NCBI GenBank assembly: GCA_035285865.1
Contig: JAYKHS010000011.1
Span: forward strand, 92,659-156,658
Reading direction: 5' to 3'
Source of the DNA: Candidatus Sericytochromatia bacterium
GTDB lineage: Bacteria > Cyanobacteriota > Sericytochromatia > S15B-MN24 > VGJW01
DNA length: 64,000 bases
The position numbers and the translations under genes were made by a program. Shown here piece after piece: positions 34,775 through 47,658 of the stretch. Every line of letters begins with the position of its first letter. The first letter of the stretch is position 1. The notes under the pieces were generated by a model. That model was given only the letters and a program-made list of their open reading frames with translations, made no database searches and had not been told where the DNA came from.

Positions 34775-35506
34775 ATGATGCGATACACCAGACCCGACCG
34801 AATGCTGCCGGTCCTGCTCGGCCTCTCAGGCTGCCTTGGCGGCGCCGAGCCCCCCCCGGTGGCGAGTGTCGCTGTGCCCGAGACGACCTCGCGCTCGCGC
34901 ACGGCCATTGGCTGCGGGGACTGGACGCTGGAGAGCGGGCCCGGCACCTCGCTGTCACTCTACCGCGGAGCCCGCAGCCTCTCCGTCGACCTCTTCCCCG
35001 ATGAGATCTCCGGGGGTGCCAGCCTGCGCCCCGGAACGCCGGTTGCCGACATGAGTCTCGTCTCCAGCGTGGTGCTGGCGTCGGAGTTGCCGGAGGGAGC
35101 ACGCATAGAGTGGGGCCTGCACGATGGATCCGACCGCCTGCCCAAGGCTGCGATCAGGTTGGAGCGCGAGGGCATTCCATCCGTAAGGCTGCTGCGACAG
35201 GCCAGACCCGGTGAGGCGGCCACGATTGATGGCCTCGTCGTCGAGGCACAACGCCTCGAGGCGACCCGCGGCACCGTGGTCCTACAGCGCCGAGGCCCAT
35301 CGGTCCTGCTCAAGGCCCTGTGGGGCCGGGCCACCATGGTCCAGCGCGCTGAGATCGGCAGTGCACCGCTCGAGCTTTCCGTATCCCTGTCGTGGCCGAG
35401 AGGTGCCGACAAGGCGAGGGGACGCAGCATCGGCCTGCTGTTCGAGCGCCTCGAAGTGCAAGACACGAGCGGGCGCATCACCCAAGACGTCCTGGCCTGC
35501 CCGTGA
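34775..35506 (+). CDS. hypothetical lipoprotein
   Basis: Start is an internal ATG of ORF 34736..35506, giving MMRYTRPDRMLPVLLGLSGC (lipobox). It is convergent with the S8 protease gene, with 6 nt between stops. Confidence 0.5.
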   Translation: MMRYTRPDRMLPVLLGLSGCLGGAEPPPVASVAVPETTSRSRTAIGCGDWTLESGPGTSLSLYRGARSLSVDLFPDEISGGASLRPGTPVADMSLVSSVVLASELPEGARIEWGLHDGSDRLPKAAIRLEREGIPSVRLLRQARPGEAATIDGLVVEAQRLEATRGTVVLQRRGPSVLLKALWGRATMVQRAEIGSAPLELSVSLSWPRGADKARGRSIGLLFERLEVQDTSGRITQDVLACP

Positions 35507-35512
35507 CCCCTG

Positions 35513-36736
35513 TCAGCGCACGAGCGCCTGTACGGCAGCCAGTGCATCGATGCGGCCGGCACCGAACGCGGTATCGAAGCCCGGCTCACCGAGATCCACC
35601 GAGGTCTTTCGAATGTGCTCGGCCACCTCGGCGGCCGTCCACTCCGGCCTGAGATTCCAGACCATGGAAGCCAACGCCGCAACCAACGGAGTGGCCATCG
35701 AGGTCCCTGACAAGACCTGATACTTGTCATAGCGATCGGTTGAAAGAATCTTGGATCCGGGGGCTGTGACGCTGATGTGGCTGCCACGATTCGAGAACCC
35801 GGATCGGGTGTCGTCCGCGCGGGTTGAACCCACCGCGAGGACACCGGGGTAGGCTGCCGGATAGCTCGGTTCGTCGCTGTCCTCATTGCCCATGGCGGCA
35901 ACGACGAGGACACCCTCGCCGACGGCCCACTTGATGGCCTGTGACAGCGTGAAGTTCTTCTGGGGGGCACCAAGTGACAGGCTGACGACCTTGGCGCCCC
36001 GGTCGACGGCATGCACGATGCCCTGAGCAATCTGGTCGTAGGTCCCCATGCCTTCCCAGTCCAGAGCCTTGACGACCAGCACCGGGGTATCGGGCGCACC
36101 GCCTGCGACACCAACGCCATTCCCGGTAGCAGCGCCGACGATACCGGCACAGTGCGTGCCGTGGAAGTGGTCATCCTTGGGATCCGGATCCTGATTGACG
36201 AAGTCCCAGCCGGATACAACCTTGTCCTTCAGGTCCTCGTGGCGAATGTCCGCACCGGTATCGACGACGGCAACCGACCGCCGAGAACCTCCTCGGGCAA
36301 GGGTCCAAGCCTCGGGAAAGCGGCACTTGCCGAGGGCCCACTGCTCACCAAGCATGGGATCGTCCGCGGCGCGCAAGCTGAAGGAGGGGGGACGTACCGA
36401 GGGAGGCTCATCCTGCCTCGGCAGTCCGAGACCTGCACGCCCGTTCGGCTCGGCCCAAGCCGCGCCCGGCAAGTGACGCGCACGCGCAGCGAACGCCGCC
36501 GGGTCGGCTGCGGCGTATACTTCCAAGCCGAGGCGCGCCACACGCCGGACAGGCGCCACACCCATCGCCTTGCGGCCTTGCACGGCCAACGCACCGGGTG
36601 CCCACGCCACGACGACCTCCCGGACGGAAGTGGCCTGAACCCGGGAGCCTGAGGCGGCCAGCGGCGTTCTTGCAGCAGGAAGACTGCCGCAGCCGACCAG
36701 GCCCAGCAAGGTCAAGGCGATGAAACGATTCACCAA
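35513..36736 (-). CDS. subtilisin-family (S8) serine protease lipoprotein with I9-like propeptide
   Basis: GTG start with a GGAGG SD upstream. Lipobox LLGLVGC. Catalytic triad contexts: VAVVDTGAD (Asp), HGTHCAGIVGA (His), SGTSMATPLVAA (Ser). Confidence 0.9.
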   Translation of the reverse strand: MVNRFIALTLLGLVGCGSLPAARTPLAASGSRVQATSVREVVVAWAPGALAVQGRKAMGVAPVRRVARLGLEVYAAADPAAFAARARHLPGAAWAEPNGRAGLGLPRQDEPPSVRPPSFSLRAADDPMLGEQWALGKCRFPEAWTLARGGSRRSVAVVDTGADIRHEDLKDKVVSGWDFVNQDPDPKDDHFHGTHCAGIVGAATGNGVGVAGGAPDTPVLVVKALDWEGMGTYDQIAQGIVHAVDRGAKVVSLSLGAPQKNFTLSQAIKWAVGEGVLVVAAMGNEDSDEPSYPAAYPGVLAVGSTRADDTRSGFSNRGSHISVTAPGSKILSTDRYDKYQVLSGTSMATPLVAALASMVWNLRPEWTAAEVAEHIRKTSVDLGEPGFDTAFGAGRIDALAAVQALVR

Positions 36737-36767
36737 GGACGCCTCCAGAACAAACGGCGAACAGGTC

Positions 36768-36797
36768 TTGTAAAGAACGGTTTAACATTGGAATAAT
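36768..36797 (+). promoter_or_regulatory. candidate sigma70-type promoter for the OPT transporter gene
   Basis: TTGTAA-N18-AATAAT in the AT-rich divergent intergenic region 36737-36839. An alternative is TTTAAC-N16-TATAAC. Sequence pattern only. Confidence 0.25.
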
Positions 36798-36839
36798 AAC
36801 CTTATAACCGACCTGATACAAGTCCCCCCGAGGTAGCCG

Positions 36840-39128
36840 ATGGCCGTCCAGCAACCGACCCGTGAGGAGCCTGCGACGGCTTTCCGTCCCTACATCCCGG
36901 ATCATGCATCACTGCGCGAGTTCGGTATCCTGCCCCTCCTCGTGGGGACCCTGCTCGGTGCCGTGTTCGGGGCCTCGTCCCTCTATCTGGTGCTCAAGGT
37001 CGGTCTCACCGTTTCAGCCTCCATCCCGGTTGCCGTGCTCTCCATAGCGCTGTTCCGACTGCTGGGCAAGTTCGGTGTCCGTCCGGCAACCATCCTCGAG
37101 AACAACCTTGTCCAGACCGCGGGCTCGGCTGGTGAGTCCATCGCCTTCGGGGTTGGGGTCACGATGCCGGCCATCCTGATTCTGGGCTTCGACCTCGAGC
37201 TCACGCGCGTGATGCTGGTGGCCACGCTGGGCGGGTTGCTCGGCATCATGCTGATGATTCCGCTTCGCAGGGCACTCATCGTCAAGCAGCATGGCGTGCT
37301 TGCCTACCCCGAGGGCACGGCCTGTGCCGAGGTCCTGAAGGCAGCAGCCTCGCCCGAGTCCCGTGCAGCCGCATCCGGGGCAGAAGGTGCGACAACGACG
37401 TCGGTGACAGACCCGGCCAGTGCACGGGCCATCTTCGGGGGGTTCGGCCTGGGCTTCGTGTACCAGATCCTGATGCTGGGCCTGAAAGGCTGGAAGGAAG
37501 TTCCGGAGAGGGTCTTCGGTGCCCCGCTGGCCGGTGGTTCCGTCGGTGCGGAGGTCTCGCCCGCCCTGCTGGGCGTCGGCTACATCATCGGTCCCCGGGT
37601 GGCCGCCGTGATGACCGCAGGCGGCGTGCTGGCATACCTGGTCTTCATCCCGGCCATCCGCTACTTCGGAGGCTCGGGCATCATTCCGCCCGGTCTGGTG
37701 CCCATCGACAGCATGGCGCCGGGGCAGATCCGCGGAACCTATCTGCTGTACATCGGAGCCGGAGCCGTGGCCACCGGTGGCATCATCAGCCTGTTCCGCT
37801 CCCTGCCCCTGATCGGCCACAGCATCCTTGCCGGACTCGATGACCTGCGCGGCAGCCGGGAGGCGGGCTCGGAGGCCGTGCGACCCCGAACCGACCGGGA
37901 CCTTCCGCTGGGTCTCGTGCTTGGCGGAATCCTGTTGCTGATCGCCGGCATCCTTGCCGCGCCATCCCTGCATATGAACCTGCTAGGCGCCCTGATGATC
38001 CTGCTCTTCGGAGCCCTCTTCGCGACCGTTTCGTCGCGCATCACGGGCGAGATCGGCTCCTCGTCGAACCCCATCTCGGGCATGACGGTGGCGACCCTGT
38101 TGCTGACCTGCCTGGTCTTTCTCGGCCTTGGCTGGACCAGCCACAACGACTACGTCACGGCCCTGTCGGTCGGTGCCATCGTCTGCATCGCCGCATCCAA
38201 TGCCGGCACGACCTCTCAGGACCTCAAGACCGGCCACCTCGTCGGAGCCACGCCGCGCCTCCAGCAGATTGCCATCCTCTTCGGGGCCTTCGCTTCGGCC
38301 CTTGCGCTGGGCCCCGTACTGCTCGGACTCAATCAGGCCGCGACGGTCTACGTCCCCCAGAAGGTCGTGCTCACGGAAGGAGCCAGCACCAGCGTCCGGG
38401 TGGCCTTCCCGGAAGGCTTCCGGGCTCCTGTGGGCGAATTGGGCAATGAGGAGCGCCTCGAAGGCCCGCAAGCAGTCGACGACAGGGCGACCTACCGCGT
38501 CTGGCAGCAGCAGGATCCCGATCGAGGGCCTGTCGGCAAGTACCTCTGCCGCGAAGATGGAACCGTGACCTGGCTCGTGGATCCCGGCATCAACGGCAGT
38601 TGGGACCGGCGACCGGACGGTACGACGGTAGCCAAGTACGATGCCCCGAAGGCCACGCTGATGAGCTACATCATCAAGGGAATCCTCAATCGGGAGCTGC
38701 CTTGGACCCTGGTGATTCTCGGTGGCTTCGTCAGCATCGTCCTCGAACTGGCGGGCATTCCCTCCCTCGCCTTTGCCGTCGGCCTGTACCTGCCTCTGGC
38801 GGCCTCGGTGCCCATCATGGTCGGTGGCGCCATCCGCTGGTGGGTCGATCGACGCAAGCCAGCGCTCGAGGGCGATGCTGACGAGGGCAGTCCCGGCGTC
38901 CTTCTGGCCTCTGGCTACATTGCCGGTGGTGCATTGGCCGGAATCGTCATCGCCTTCCTCGCAGGCGTGACGCAGGCCTTCTCGGCCTCGGTCGAGGAGT
39001 GGTCGACCGAGCACAACCCGTTCTTCGCGGGCCCATGGTCGGACGCCCTGTCGCTCCTGCCGTTTGGCCTCCTGGCATTGCTGCTGCTCAACGTCGCTTC
39101 CCGCCGACCGAACAGCCCTCGCGCCTAG
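36840..39128 (+). CDS. OPT-family oligopeptide transporter
   Basis: 762 aa and polytopic. OPT-like N-terminal block FGILPLLVGTLLGAVFGASSLYLVLKVGLTVSASIPVAVLS...QTAGSAGESIAFGVGVTMPA, with a large central hydrophilic insert. Confidence 0.8.
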   Translation: MAVQQPTREEPATAFRPYIPDHASLREFGILPLLVGTLLGAVFGASSLYLVLKVGLTVSASIPVAVLSIALFRLLGKFGVRPATILENNLVQTAGSAGESIAFGVGVTMPAILILGFDLELTRVMLVATLGGLLGIMLMIPLRRALIVKQHGVLAYPEGTACAEVLKAAASPESRAAASGAEGATTTSVTDPASARAIFGGFGLGFVYQILMLGLKGWKEVPERVFGAPLAGGSVGAEVSPALLGVGYIIGPRVAAVMTAGGVLAYLVFIPAIRYFGGSGIIPPGLVPIDSMAPGQIRGTYLLYIGAGAVATGGIISLFRSLPLIGHSILAGLDDLRGSREAGSEAVRPRTDRDLPLGLVLGGILLLIAGILAAPSLHMNLLGALMILLFGALFATVSSRITGEIGSSSNPISGMTVATLLLTCLVFLGLGWTSHNDYVTALSVGAIVCIAASNAGTTSQDLKTGHLVGATPRLQQIAILFGAFASALALGPVLLGLNQAATVYVPQKVVLTEGASTSVRVAFPEGFRAPVGELGNEERLEGPQAVDDRATYRVWQQQDPDRGPVGKYLCREDGTVTWLVDPGINGSWDRRPDGTTVAKYDAPKATLMSYIIKGILNRELPWTLVILGGFVSIVLELAGIPSLAFAVGLYLPLAASVPIMVGGAIRWWVDRRKPALEGDADEGSPGVLLASGYIAGGALAGIVIAFLAGVTQAFSASVEEWSTEHNPFFAGPWSDALSLLPFGLLALLLLNVASRRPNSPRA

Positions 39129-39170
39129 ACCGATCGCGGGCCATGCTCCCCTCTATCGGGGGGCATCGGC

Positions 39171-40754
39171 ATGGCCCGTGACGTCTTCTACTCGATCCGC
39201 CTGGGATCCTTTCAGGATAGCGACGGCGATGGCATCGGGGATCTGGGCGGCCTGATCGGGCGCCTCGATCACCTCGTGTCGCTGGGCGTGACGGTCATCT
39301 GGTTGCTGCCGATACATCCTTCGCCCGGACGTGATGATGGCTATGATGTCAGCGACTACCTGGAAGTGGACGCCCGATATGGCAGTCCCGAGGACTTCAG
39401 GAAGCTGGTCGCGGCCGTCCACGCACGCGGCCTTCGCCTGATCCTCGATCTGGTCCTCAACCACACGTCGCGTGCGCATCCGTGGTTCGTGCGTGCGCGC
39501 CATGCGCCATCTGACCATCCCGACCGCGCCTGGTACGTCTGGAGTCCGACCCCGGATCGCTACCCGCAGGCAAGAGTCATCTTCGCCGAGGAGGAACCTG
39601 CCAACTGGTCATGGGATCCAGTGGCCGGCGCCTGGTATTGGCACCGGTTCTATCGGGAGCAGCCTGACCTCAACTGGGAACATCCCCCGGTGCGTGCGGC
39701 GATGCTGCACGTGATCGACCATTGGCTGGATCAGGGCGTGGACGGTTTTCGCCTCGACGCCCTGCCCTACCTGCATGAGGCAGAGGACAGCCCATGCGAG
39801 GGCCTGCCGGAGACCCATGCCACGCTGCAGGCAATCGCCCGCCATGTCCGGGCGCGGCGGAAGGACGCCATCCTGCTGGGGGAGGCCAACGGTAGCCTCG
39901 AGGGCATCCGCACCTACTTCGGCCACGGGCAGGGCTGCAGCCACATGCTGCACTTCCGGCGCATGACCGCCACCTATCTTGCGGTGGCCCGCGAGGCGGC
40001 AGAGCCACTGGCTGCTGTCCTCGGAACCGAAGGCCGCCCCCCGGCAGGCTGCCGCTGGGCAACCTTCCTGCGCAACCATGACGAACTCACGACCGAGCAT
40101 CTGTCGGATGCCGATCGAGAACTCCTCCTGGCTCGATTCGCACCACGCGGAGGCCAGCGACGGTTTGGCGGGATTCGCAGGCGACTCGCACCCCTAGCGG
40201 GTGATGCGAGGCTATGGCAGTTGCTTCACGCCCTCTGGCTGCTTTCCCCAGGCGACCCCGTCCTCTGGTACGGGGACGAGATTGCCATGGGGGACGCCCC
40301 CGGCCTCCCGGACCGCATGAGCGTCAGGACACCGATGTTGTGGGACGAGGGAGCATCCGCAGGCTTCACGACGGCCCGTGAAGAAGACCTGCCGCTGCCG
40401 CTTGCCCGTGCACGTGGCGGGCCTGTGTCCATCCAGGCGACCGCCACACGGTCTGCGCTGGGCTTCGTGCGACAGTTGCTCGCCATCCGCAGGGCCCATC
40501 CCGAGATCGAGGACGGCAGGCGCCGAATCGAGCACGCCGGTTCGCTTCTGGTCGTGAGCCCCCCGGCCGGTGCGTCAGGGTTGCTGGTCGTCGCATGGGT
40601 CGGAAGGACAGGAGGCGTCGTGGATCATGCCCTCGAGGTCGGCTCGGATGCGCGGGTGGAGCGTTTGATCGGAGGCCGGACTCTGACCCTTGTCGGAGGC
40701 AAGCTGCATGGGCGAATGGGACCTTGGGGCCTTGCGGTGCTTGCCGTGCGGTAG
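39171..40754 (+). CDS. treS: GH13 alpha-amylase-family enzyme, trehalose synthase (maltose alpha-D-glucosyltransferase)-like
   Basis: Motifs [45 protein letters not shown] and [13 protein letters not shown]...LPETHA are colinear with my recollection of TreS. Confidence 0.7.
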   Translation: MARDVFYSIRLGSFQDSDGDGIGDLGGLIGRLDHLVSLGVTVIWLLPIHPSPGRDDGYDVSDYLEVDARYGSPEDFRKLVAAVHARGLRLILDLVLNHTSRAHPWFVRARHAPSDHPDRAWYVWSPTPDRYPQARVIFAEEEPANWSWDPVAGAWYWHRFYREQPDLNWEHPPVRAAMLHVIDHWLDQGVDGFRLDALPYLHEAEDSPCEGLPETHATLQAIARHVRARRKDAILLGEANGSLEGIRTYFGHGQGCSHMLHFRRMTATYLAVAREAAEPLAAVLGTEGRPPAGCRWATFLRNHDELTTEHLSDADRELLLARFAPRGGQRRFGGIRRRLAPLAGDARLWQLLHALWLLSPGDPVLWYGDEIAMGDAPGLPDRMSVRTPMLWDEGASAGFTTAREEDLPLPLARARGGPVSIQATATRSALGFVRQLLAIRRAHPEIEDGRRRIEHAGSLLVVSPPAGASGLLVVAWVGRTGGVVDHALEVGSDARVERLIGGRTLTLVGGKLHGRMGPWGLAVLAVR

Positions 40755-40789
40755 AATCGAGCAGTTGTTGCACGACTCAGGAGAGCCCG

Positions 40790-43513
<2,724 letters not shown>

Positions 43514-43529
43514 GACGACGCCTCGGTCG

Positions 43530-43571
43530 GCAGCACGGCCCCTTGGAGGACACTCCGGGGGGCCGTGCTGC
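43530..43571 (+). terminator. GC-rich hairpin downstream of acnA (candidate terminator)
   Basis: 13-bp stem GCAGCACGGCCCC/GGGGCCGTGCTGC with a 16-nt loop, 17 nt after the acnA stop. No clear U-tract. Confidence 0.5.
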
Positions 43572-43667
43572 TCCCGGTCATCCGGCATGGAGGCAAGAGG
43601 CCCCTGGCCAACGAGAAGCGGGGCCCCTCATCCGAGGTGCCCCGCTATCCTTGGGCAGGCCTGCGGC

Positions 43668-44918
43668 CTACTTCATGACTGCCTTGTAGGCATCGACACG
43701 ACCAGCGCCCGAGTTAGAGTCCGGGCCGGGATTGTCGATGTCGATGGCCGTCGAAACCAGCCGGTCCTTGATGACCTTGGGGCTGCGCTCGATGCCGCGT
43801 CCGAGCATCAGGGCCATCACGCCAGCGGTGATCGGCGTCGAGAAGGAGGTTCCATTGGTGGAGCCATAGCCGCCACCCATCTTCAGCGTGAAGATGTTGA
43901 CGCCCGGGGCCGCAACGGAGCACCAGCTGCCACGGGTGGAGAAGTCCGCCACCCGATCCTTGTTGTCCGTCGCGCCGACCGCGATCAGGTCAGGGACTTC
44001 ATTGCCGGCGAAAGCCGAGGGGACATTTTTGCTGACCGTGCCCGTGTTGCCCATCGAACAGGCCATGGGAGTGCCCTTGGCCATCACGGCCTCGGCTGCG
44101 CGCTTCGTCGCCTGGACGGCCGTGGGGTACTCGGCCATGTTCGGCTTGAACGAGAGGCTCATCGTGATCATGTCGGCATTGTCCGCGGCCCACAGCATCG
44201 CTTCGCATACGGAAGAAGCCGAGTTGCCAACCTTGACCGGGACAATCCGGGCGTTCGGAGCGACACCGGAGATGCCCTTGCCGTTGTTGGAAACAGCACC
44301 GACAAGCCCTGCCGTCATCGTGCCGTGGCCCTGGCCATCCTGCGGGGGACGACCGGGCTGATCGAAGTTGGCTCCCTCCTCAAGGACGCCCTGAAGGTCG
44401 GGATGCTTGAGGTCGACGCCCGTATCGACGACAGCGACCTTCACGGTCCTGAGATTGCCGGCCTCGGCCCAGATCTTGGGAATGCCCATGGTGTCGAGGT
44501 ACCACTGGTCCTTGCGATTGGGGTCAGCGTCCGAGTAGGCGCGGAAGCCGGGGAGGGCAACCGCCTCCTGCATCACGGGGATGTCCACCTCGGGCATGAG
44601 TTCGGACTCAACGAAGCTTACACCGGGCAAGGATGCGAGACGCTGCCGGGCCTTTGTCAGGTTACCCTGGACCTCGAAGACCTCCATCGCGAGCCGCGGC
44701 ATCTTCTTGACGGAGGCAACGCCAGCGCCCTGGACGAGGGCAGCGGACCGCGCCGCCGTGGCGCCGTCCTTGAAGCCGACGATGAGGCGGCGCGCGAAGA
44801 CAGCGCGAGCACCCATCAGGCTCGTGTCCTGCTTCATGCCGGTGACGGCAGGGGTCTGGACGCCGCAACCGACGAGCGTGACGGCGAGCAGGCCAAGGGC
44901 GCGGGACTTCAGGTTCAA
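43668..44918 (-). CDS. subtilisin-family (S8) serine protease lipoprotein with I9-like propeptide
   Basis: TTG start with a GAGGAG SD upstream. Lipobox VTLVGC. Triad contexts: VAVVDTGVD, HGTMTAGLVGA, NGTSFSTPITAG. Confidence 0.9.
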   Translation of the reverse strand: MNLKSRALGLLAVTLVGCGVQTPAVTGMKQDTSLMGARAVFARRLIVGFKDGATAARSAALVQGAGVASVKKMPRLAMEVFEVQGNLTKARQRLASLPGVSFVESELMPEVDIPVMQEAVALPGFRAYSDADPNRKDQWYLDTMGIPKIWAEAGNLRTVKVAVVDTGVDLKHPDLQGVLEEGANFDQPGRPPQDGQGHGTMTAGLVGAVSNNGKGISGVAPNARIVPVKVGNSASSVCEAMLWAADNADMITMSLSFKPNMAEYPTAVQATKRAAEAVMAKGTPMACSMGNTGTVSKNVPSAFAGNEVPDLIAVGATDNKDRVADFSTRGSWCSVAAPGVNIFTLKMGGGYGSTNGTSFSTPITAGVMALMLGRGIERSPKVIKDRLVSTAIDIDNPGPDSNSGAGRVDAYKAVMK

Positions 44919-45038
44919 GGCGGTTCTCCTCAGCCGGGGGACACGAGAGGTAAAGGCTGAGTGAACTATAGACCAAAGAATGCTTGAACTTGCCTGTTTG
45001 GCAGCTGTTATTTCAAATTTCGGCTGCCGTCGCGGGAT

Positions 45039-46436
45039 TCAGGCGTGAATGGCCTTGCCGGTGACGGCAAGCGCGGCTTCCTTCAGGACCTCGGCAAGCG
45101 TGGGATGCGCATGCGAGGCCATGGCTAGGTCCTCGCTGCTGGCCCCGAAGGCTATCGAGACGGCCGCCTCGGCAATCAGGTCGCCGGCCCTCGGGCCAAT
45201 GACATGGACACCCAGGACCCGATCCGTCTCGGCGTGCGCCAGAATGATGGCCTTGCCGTCGATGTGACCGAGCGCCCTGGCCCGGCCGTTCCCCCTGAAA
45301 GAGAAGGTGCCCTTCCGGAAGGGGATGCCTTCCCGTTCGAGTTCTTCGGACGTTCGGCCCACGGAGGCAATCTCGGGCTCCGTGTAGACCACGGCCGGGA
45401 TGCTCATGTAGTCCACGTGTCCGTGGCCGCGGACGATGATGTCGACGCACGCCACCCCCTCCTCCTCGGCCTTGTGGGCAAGCATCGGGCCGCGGACCAG
45501 GTCACCGATGGCGTAGACGCCAGGCGCCGAGGTTCTGAAATGTTCGTCAACGGGCACGATCCCGCGGGGACCGGTCTCGATGCCGACCGTTTCGAGGCCG
45601 AGGCCATCCGTATTGGGCACGCGGCCCGTAGCCAGCAGCACCTTGTTGCCGATGACGGGCTCCGCTCCCTCGATGCGGACCGCGACCCGACCGTCCTCGA
45701 GCAGATCCGTACCCAGCACCTTGACTCCGAGTCGGAACGTCAGGCCCTGACGGCCGAAAATCCGCTCGGCCTCGCGGGCGAGCTCGGGCTCCATCCCGCC
45801 AAGCAGGCGCGGCAGGTATTCGAGCACCGTCACCTGCGCGCCCAGACGGGCCCACACCGAACCCAACTCGAGCCCGATGACCCCTCCACCGATGACGACA
45901 AGATGCTCCGGAACCTTGTCGTAGGCGAGTGCCTCCGTGCTCGTGCCGACGTGAACGCCGTCCACGGTGACACCGTTGAGCGAAGCTACTTTCGAGCCGG
46001 TTGCGAGGATGACATTCGTGGCCGTGAGGGTTGTCTCCGCGCCGGACTCATCCCGTACCACGACGGTTCCCGGCCCAGCGAGGCGCCCCCGCCCGACGAA
46101 TCGGCTGACGCCATTCTTGCGGAAAAGCCCGTCGATGCCCTGGGTCAGGGCCTGGACCACCTCATCCTTGCGCGCCATCATCGTCGTCAGATCCAGGCTG
46201 ACGCCTGCGACACGGACGCCATGAGCCTCGAGACCCGACCGAGCCTCGTGGAAACGCTCGCTTGACTCCAGCAGGGCCTTGCTGGGGATGCACCCCACCC
46301 GAAGGCACGTCCCGCCAAGCCGCGCCTCCAGCTCCACGCACGCCGTTCGCAAGCCGGCCTGCGCCCCCCGGATGGCAGCGACATAGCCGCCCGGACCTCC
46401 ACCGATGACGACGAGATCGAACTGCTGGGTCTCCAC
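45039..46436 (-). CDS. lpd: dihydrolipoyl dehydrogenase (E3)
   Basis: Motifs: FDLVVIGGGPGGY, redox-active GGTCLRVGCIPSK, second Rossmann VVIGGGVIGLE, and C-terminal HAHPTLAE. Confidence 0.95.
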   Translation of the reverse strand: METQQFDLVVIGGGPGGYVAAIRGAQAGLRTACVELEARLGGTCLRVGCIPSKALLESSERFHEARSGLEAHGVRVAGVSLDLTTMMARKDEVVQALTQGIDGLFRKNGVSRFVGRGRLAGPGTVVVRDESGAETTLTATNVILATGSKVASLNGVTVDGVHVGTSTEALAYDKVPEHLVVIGGGVIGLELGSVWARLGAQVTVLEYLPRLLGGMEPELAREAERIFGRQGLTFRLGVKVLGTDLLEDGRVAVRIEGAEPVIGNKVLLATGRVPNTDGLGLETVGIETGPRGIVPVDEHFRTSAPGVYAIGDLVRGPMLAHKAEEEGVACVDIIVRGHGHVDYMSIPAVVYTEPEIASVGRTSEELEREGIPFRKGTFSFRGNGRARALGHIDGKAIILAHAETDRVLGVHVIGPRAGDLIAEAAVSIAFGASSEDLAMASHAHPTLAEVLKEAALAVTGKAIHA

Positions 46437-46438
46437 GG

Positions 46439-47614
46439 CTAGACCTCCAGCAGCATGCGGGCCGGGGACTCGAGGCAGTCCTTGATGCGCCGCAGGAAGG
46501 TCACGGCCTCGCGACCGTCCACCAACCGGTGATCATACGTGAGCGCCAGATACATCATGGGCCGCAAGACGACTTGCCCATCGACGCCGACGGGACGCTC
46601 CTGGATGGCGTGCATGCCCAGCACGGCGCTCTGGGGCGGATTGACAATGGGTGTCGAGAGCATGGACCCGTAGATGCCGCCGTTGCTGATGGTGAACGTG
46701 CCACCCTGCATCTCCTCGGGCTTGAGCTTGCCTGCCTGGGCCCGCGTTCCGAAGTCGGCGATGGCCTTTTCGATGTCGGCAAAGCCCAGACGGTCGGCAT
46801 CGCGCAGGACAGGGACCACGAGGCCCTTGCCGCTGCCGACGGCCACACCGATGTCGAAGTAATGCTTGTAGATGATGTCCGTGCCCCGAACCTCGGCGTT
46901 GATCGCCGGGAAGGCCCTGAGCGCGTCCACGGAAGCCCGCACGAAGAAAGACATGAAGCCAAGCTTGACGCCATGCCGATCCTTGAAGCCCTCGCCGTGC
47001 TGCTTGCGCAGGTTCATGACCGCCGACATGTCCACCTCATTGAAGGTCGTCAGCAAGGCGGCATCCTGTTTGGCCTGAACCAGACGCTCGGCGATGCGCC
47101 GACGCAGGGAGGTCATCGGCACGACCTCCTCGGACCTGGCCGCCGCCCGGGGCGCGGCCGCCGCCCGCAGCGCATCCTCCTTGAGCAGACGTCCACCTGG
47201 TCCTGTGGCCGCAGCATCCGCTGCCGTGAGTCCAGCATCTGCCAGCACGCGCGCCGCAGCAGGCATGACGACCGGAGCAGCCTTGGTCGGTGCGCCGGAG
47301 GCTGGCTCGATGACCGGCGGAGCGGCTGCAGGCGCCGCGGATGCGGAAGCTGGAGGCTCGACTGGGGGAGCAGCCGACTCCTCGACCCGGGCGATGACCT
47401 CACCGACCTTGGCGGCAGCGCCCTCGACCTTCAGAACCTCGAGCAGCACGCCATCTGCGGGCGCAGGCACTTCGAGCGTGGCCTTGTCCGACTCGATCAG
47501 CACCACCGTCTCGTCCCGGCGGACGCGCTCGCCCTGCTTGCGGGCCCACGGGCCGAGCGTCACGTCGGTGATGGACTCGCCGACACTGGGCACGACGATG
47601 TCGCGAACGGTCAT
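46439..47614 (-). CDS. sucB: 2-oxoglutarate dehydrogenase E2, dihydrolipoyllysine succinyltransferase
   Basis: Start is the internal ATG 47612-47614 of ORF 46439..47833. Lipoyl domain ([16 protein letters not shown]), Ala/Pro linker, E3-binding region, and catalytic DHRLVDG. Confidence 0.9.
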   Translation of the reverse strand: MTVRDIVVPSVGESITDVTLGPWARKQGERVRRDETVVLIESDKATLEVPAPADGVLLEVLKVEGAAAKVGEVIARVEESAAPPVEPPASASAAPAAAPPVIEPASGAPTKAAPVVMPAAARVLADAGLTAADAAATGPGGRLLKEDALRAAAAPRAAARSEEVVPMTSLRRRIAERLVQAKQDAALLTTFNEVDMSAVMNLRKQHGEGFKDRHGVKLGFMSFFVRASVDALRAFPAINAEVRGTDIIYKHYFDIGVAVGSGKGLVVPVLRDADRLGFADIEKAIADFGTRAQAGKLKPEEMQGGTFTISNGGIYGSMLSTPIVNPPQSAVLGMHAIQERPVGVDGQVVLRPMMYLALTYDHRLVDGREAVTFLRRIKDCLESPARMLLEV

Positions 47615-47658
47615 GGTCTTCCTCTCGGGTTGTGAATGCGGGACACGTCCCGCGTGGT

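Noticed and set aside
40595-40789. N-terminal extension of acnA (track start 40595)
   Set aside because: It overlaps the treS 3' end and is Arg/Cys-rich. ATG 40790 has an AGGAGAG SD, and [11 protein letters not shown]...SLP matches aconitase N-termini.
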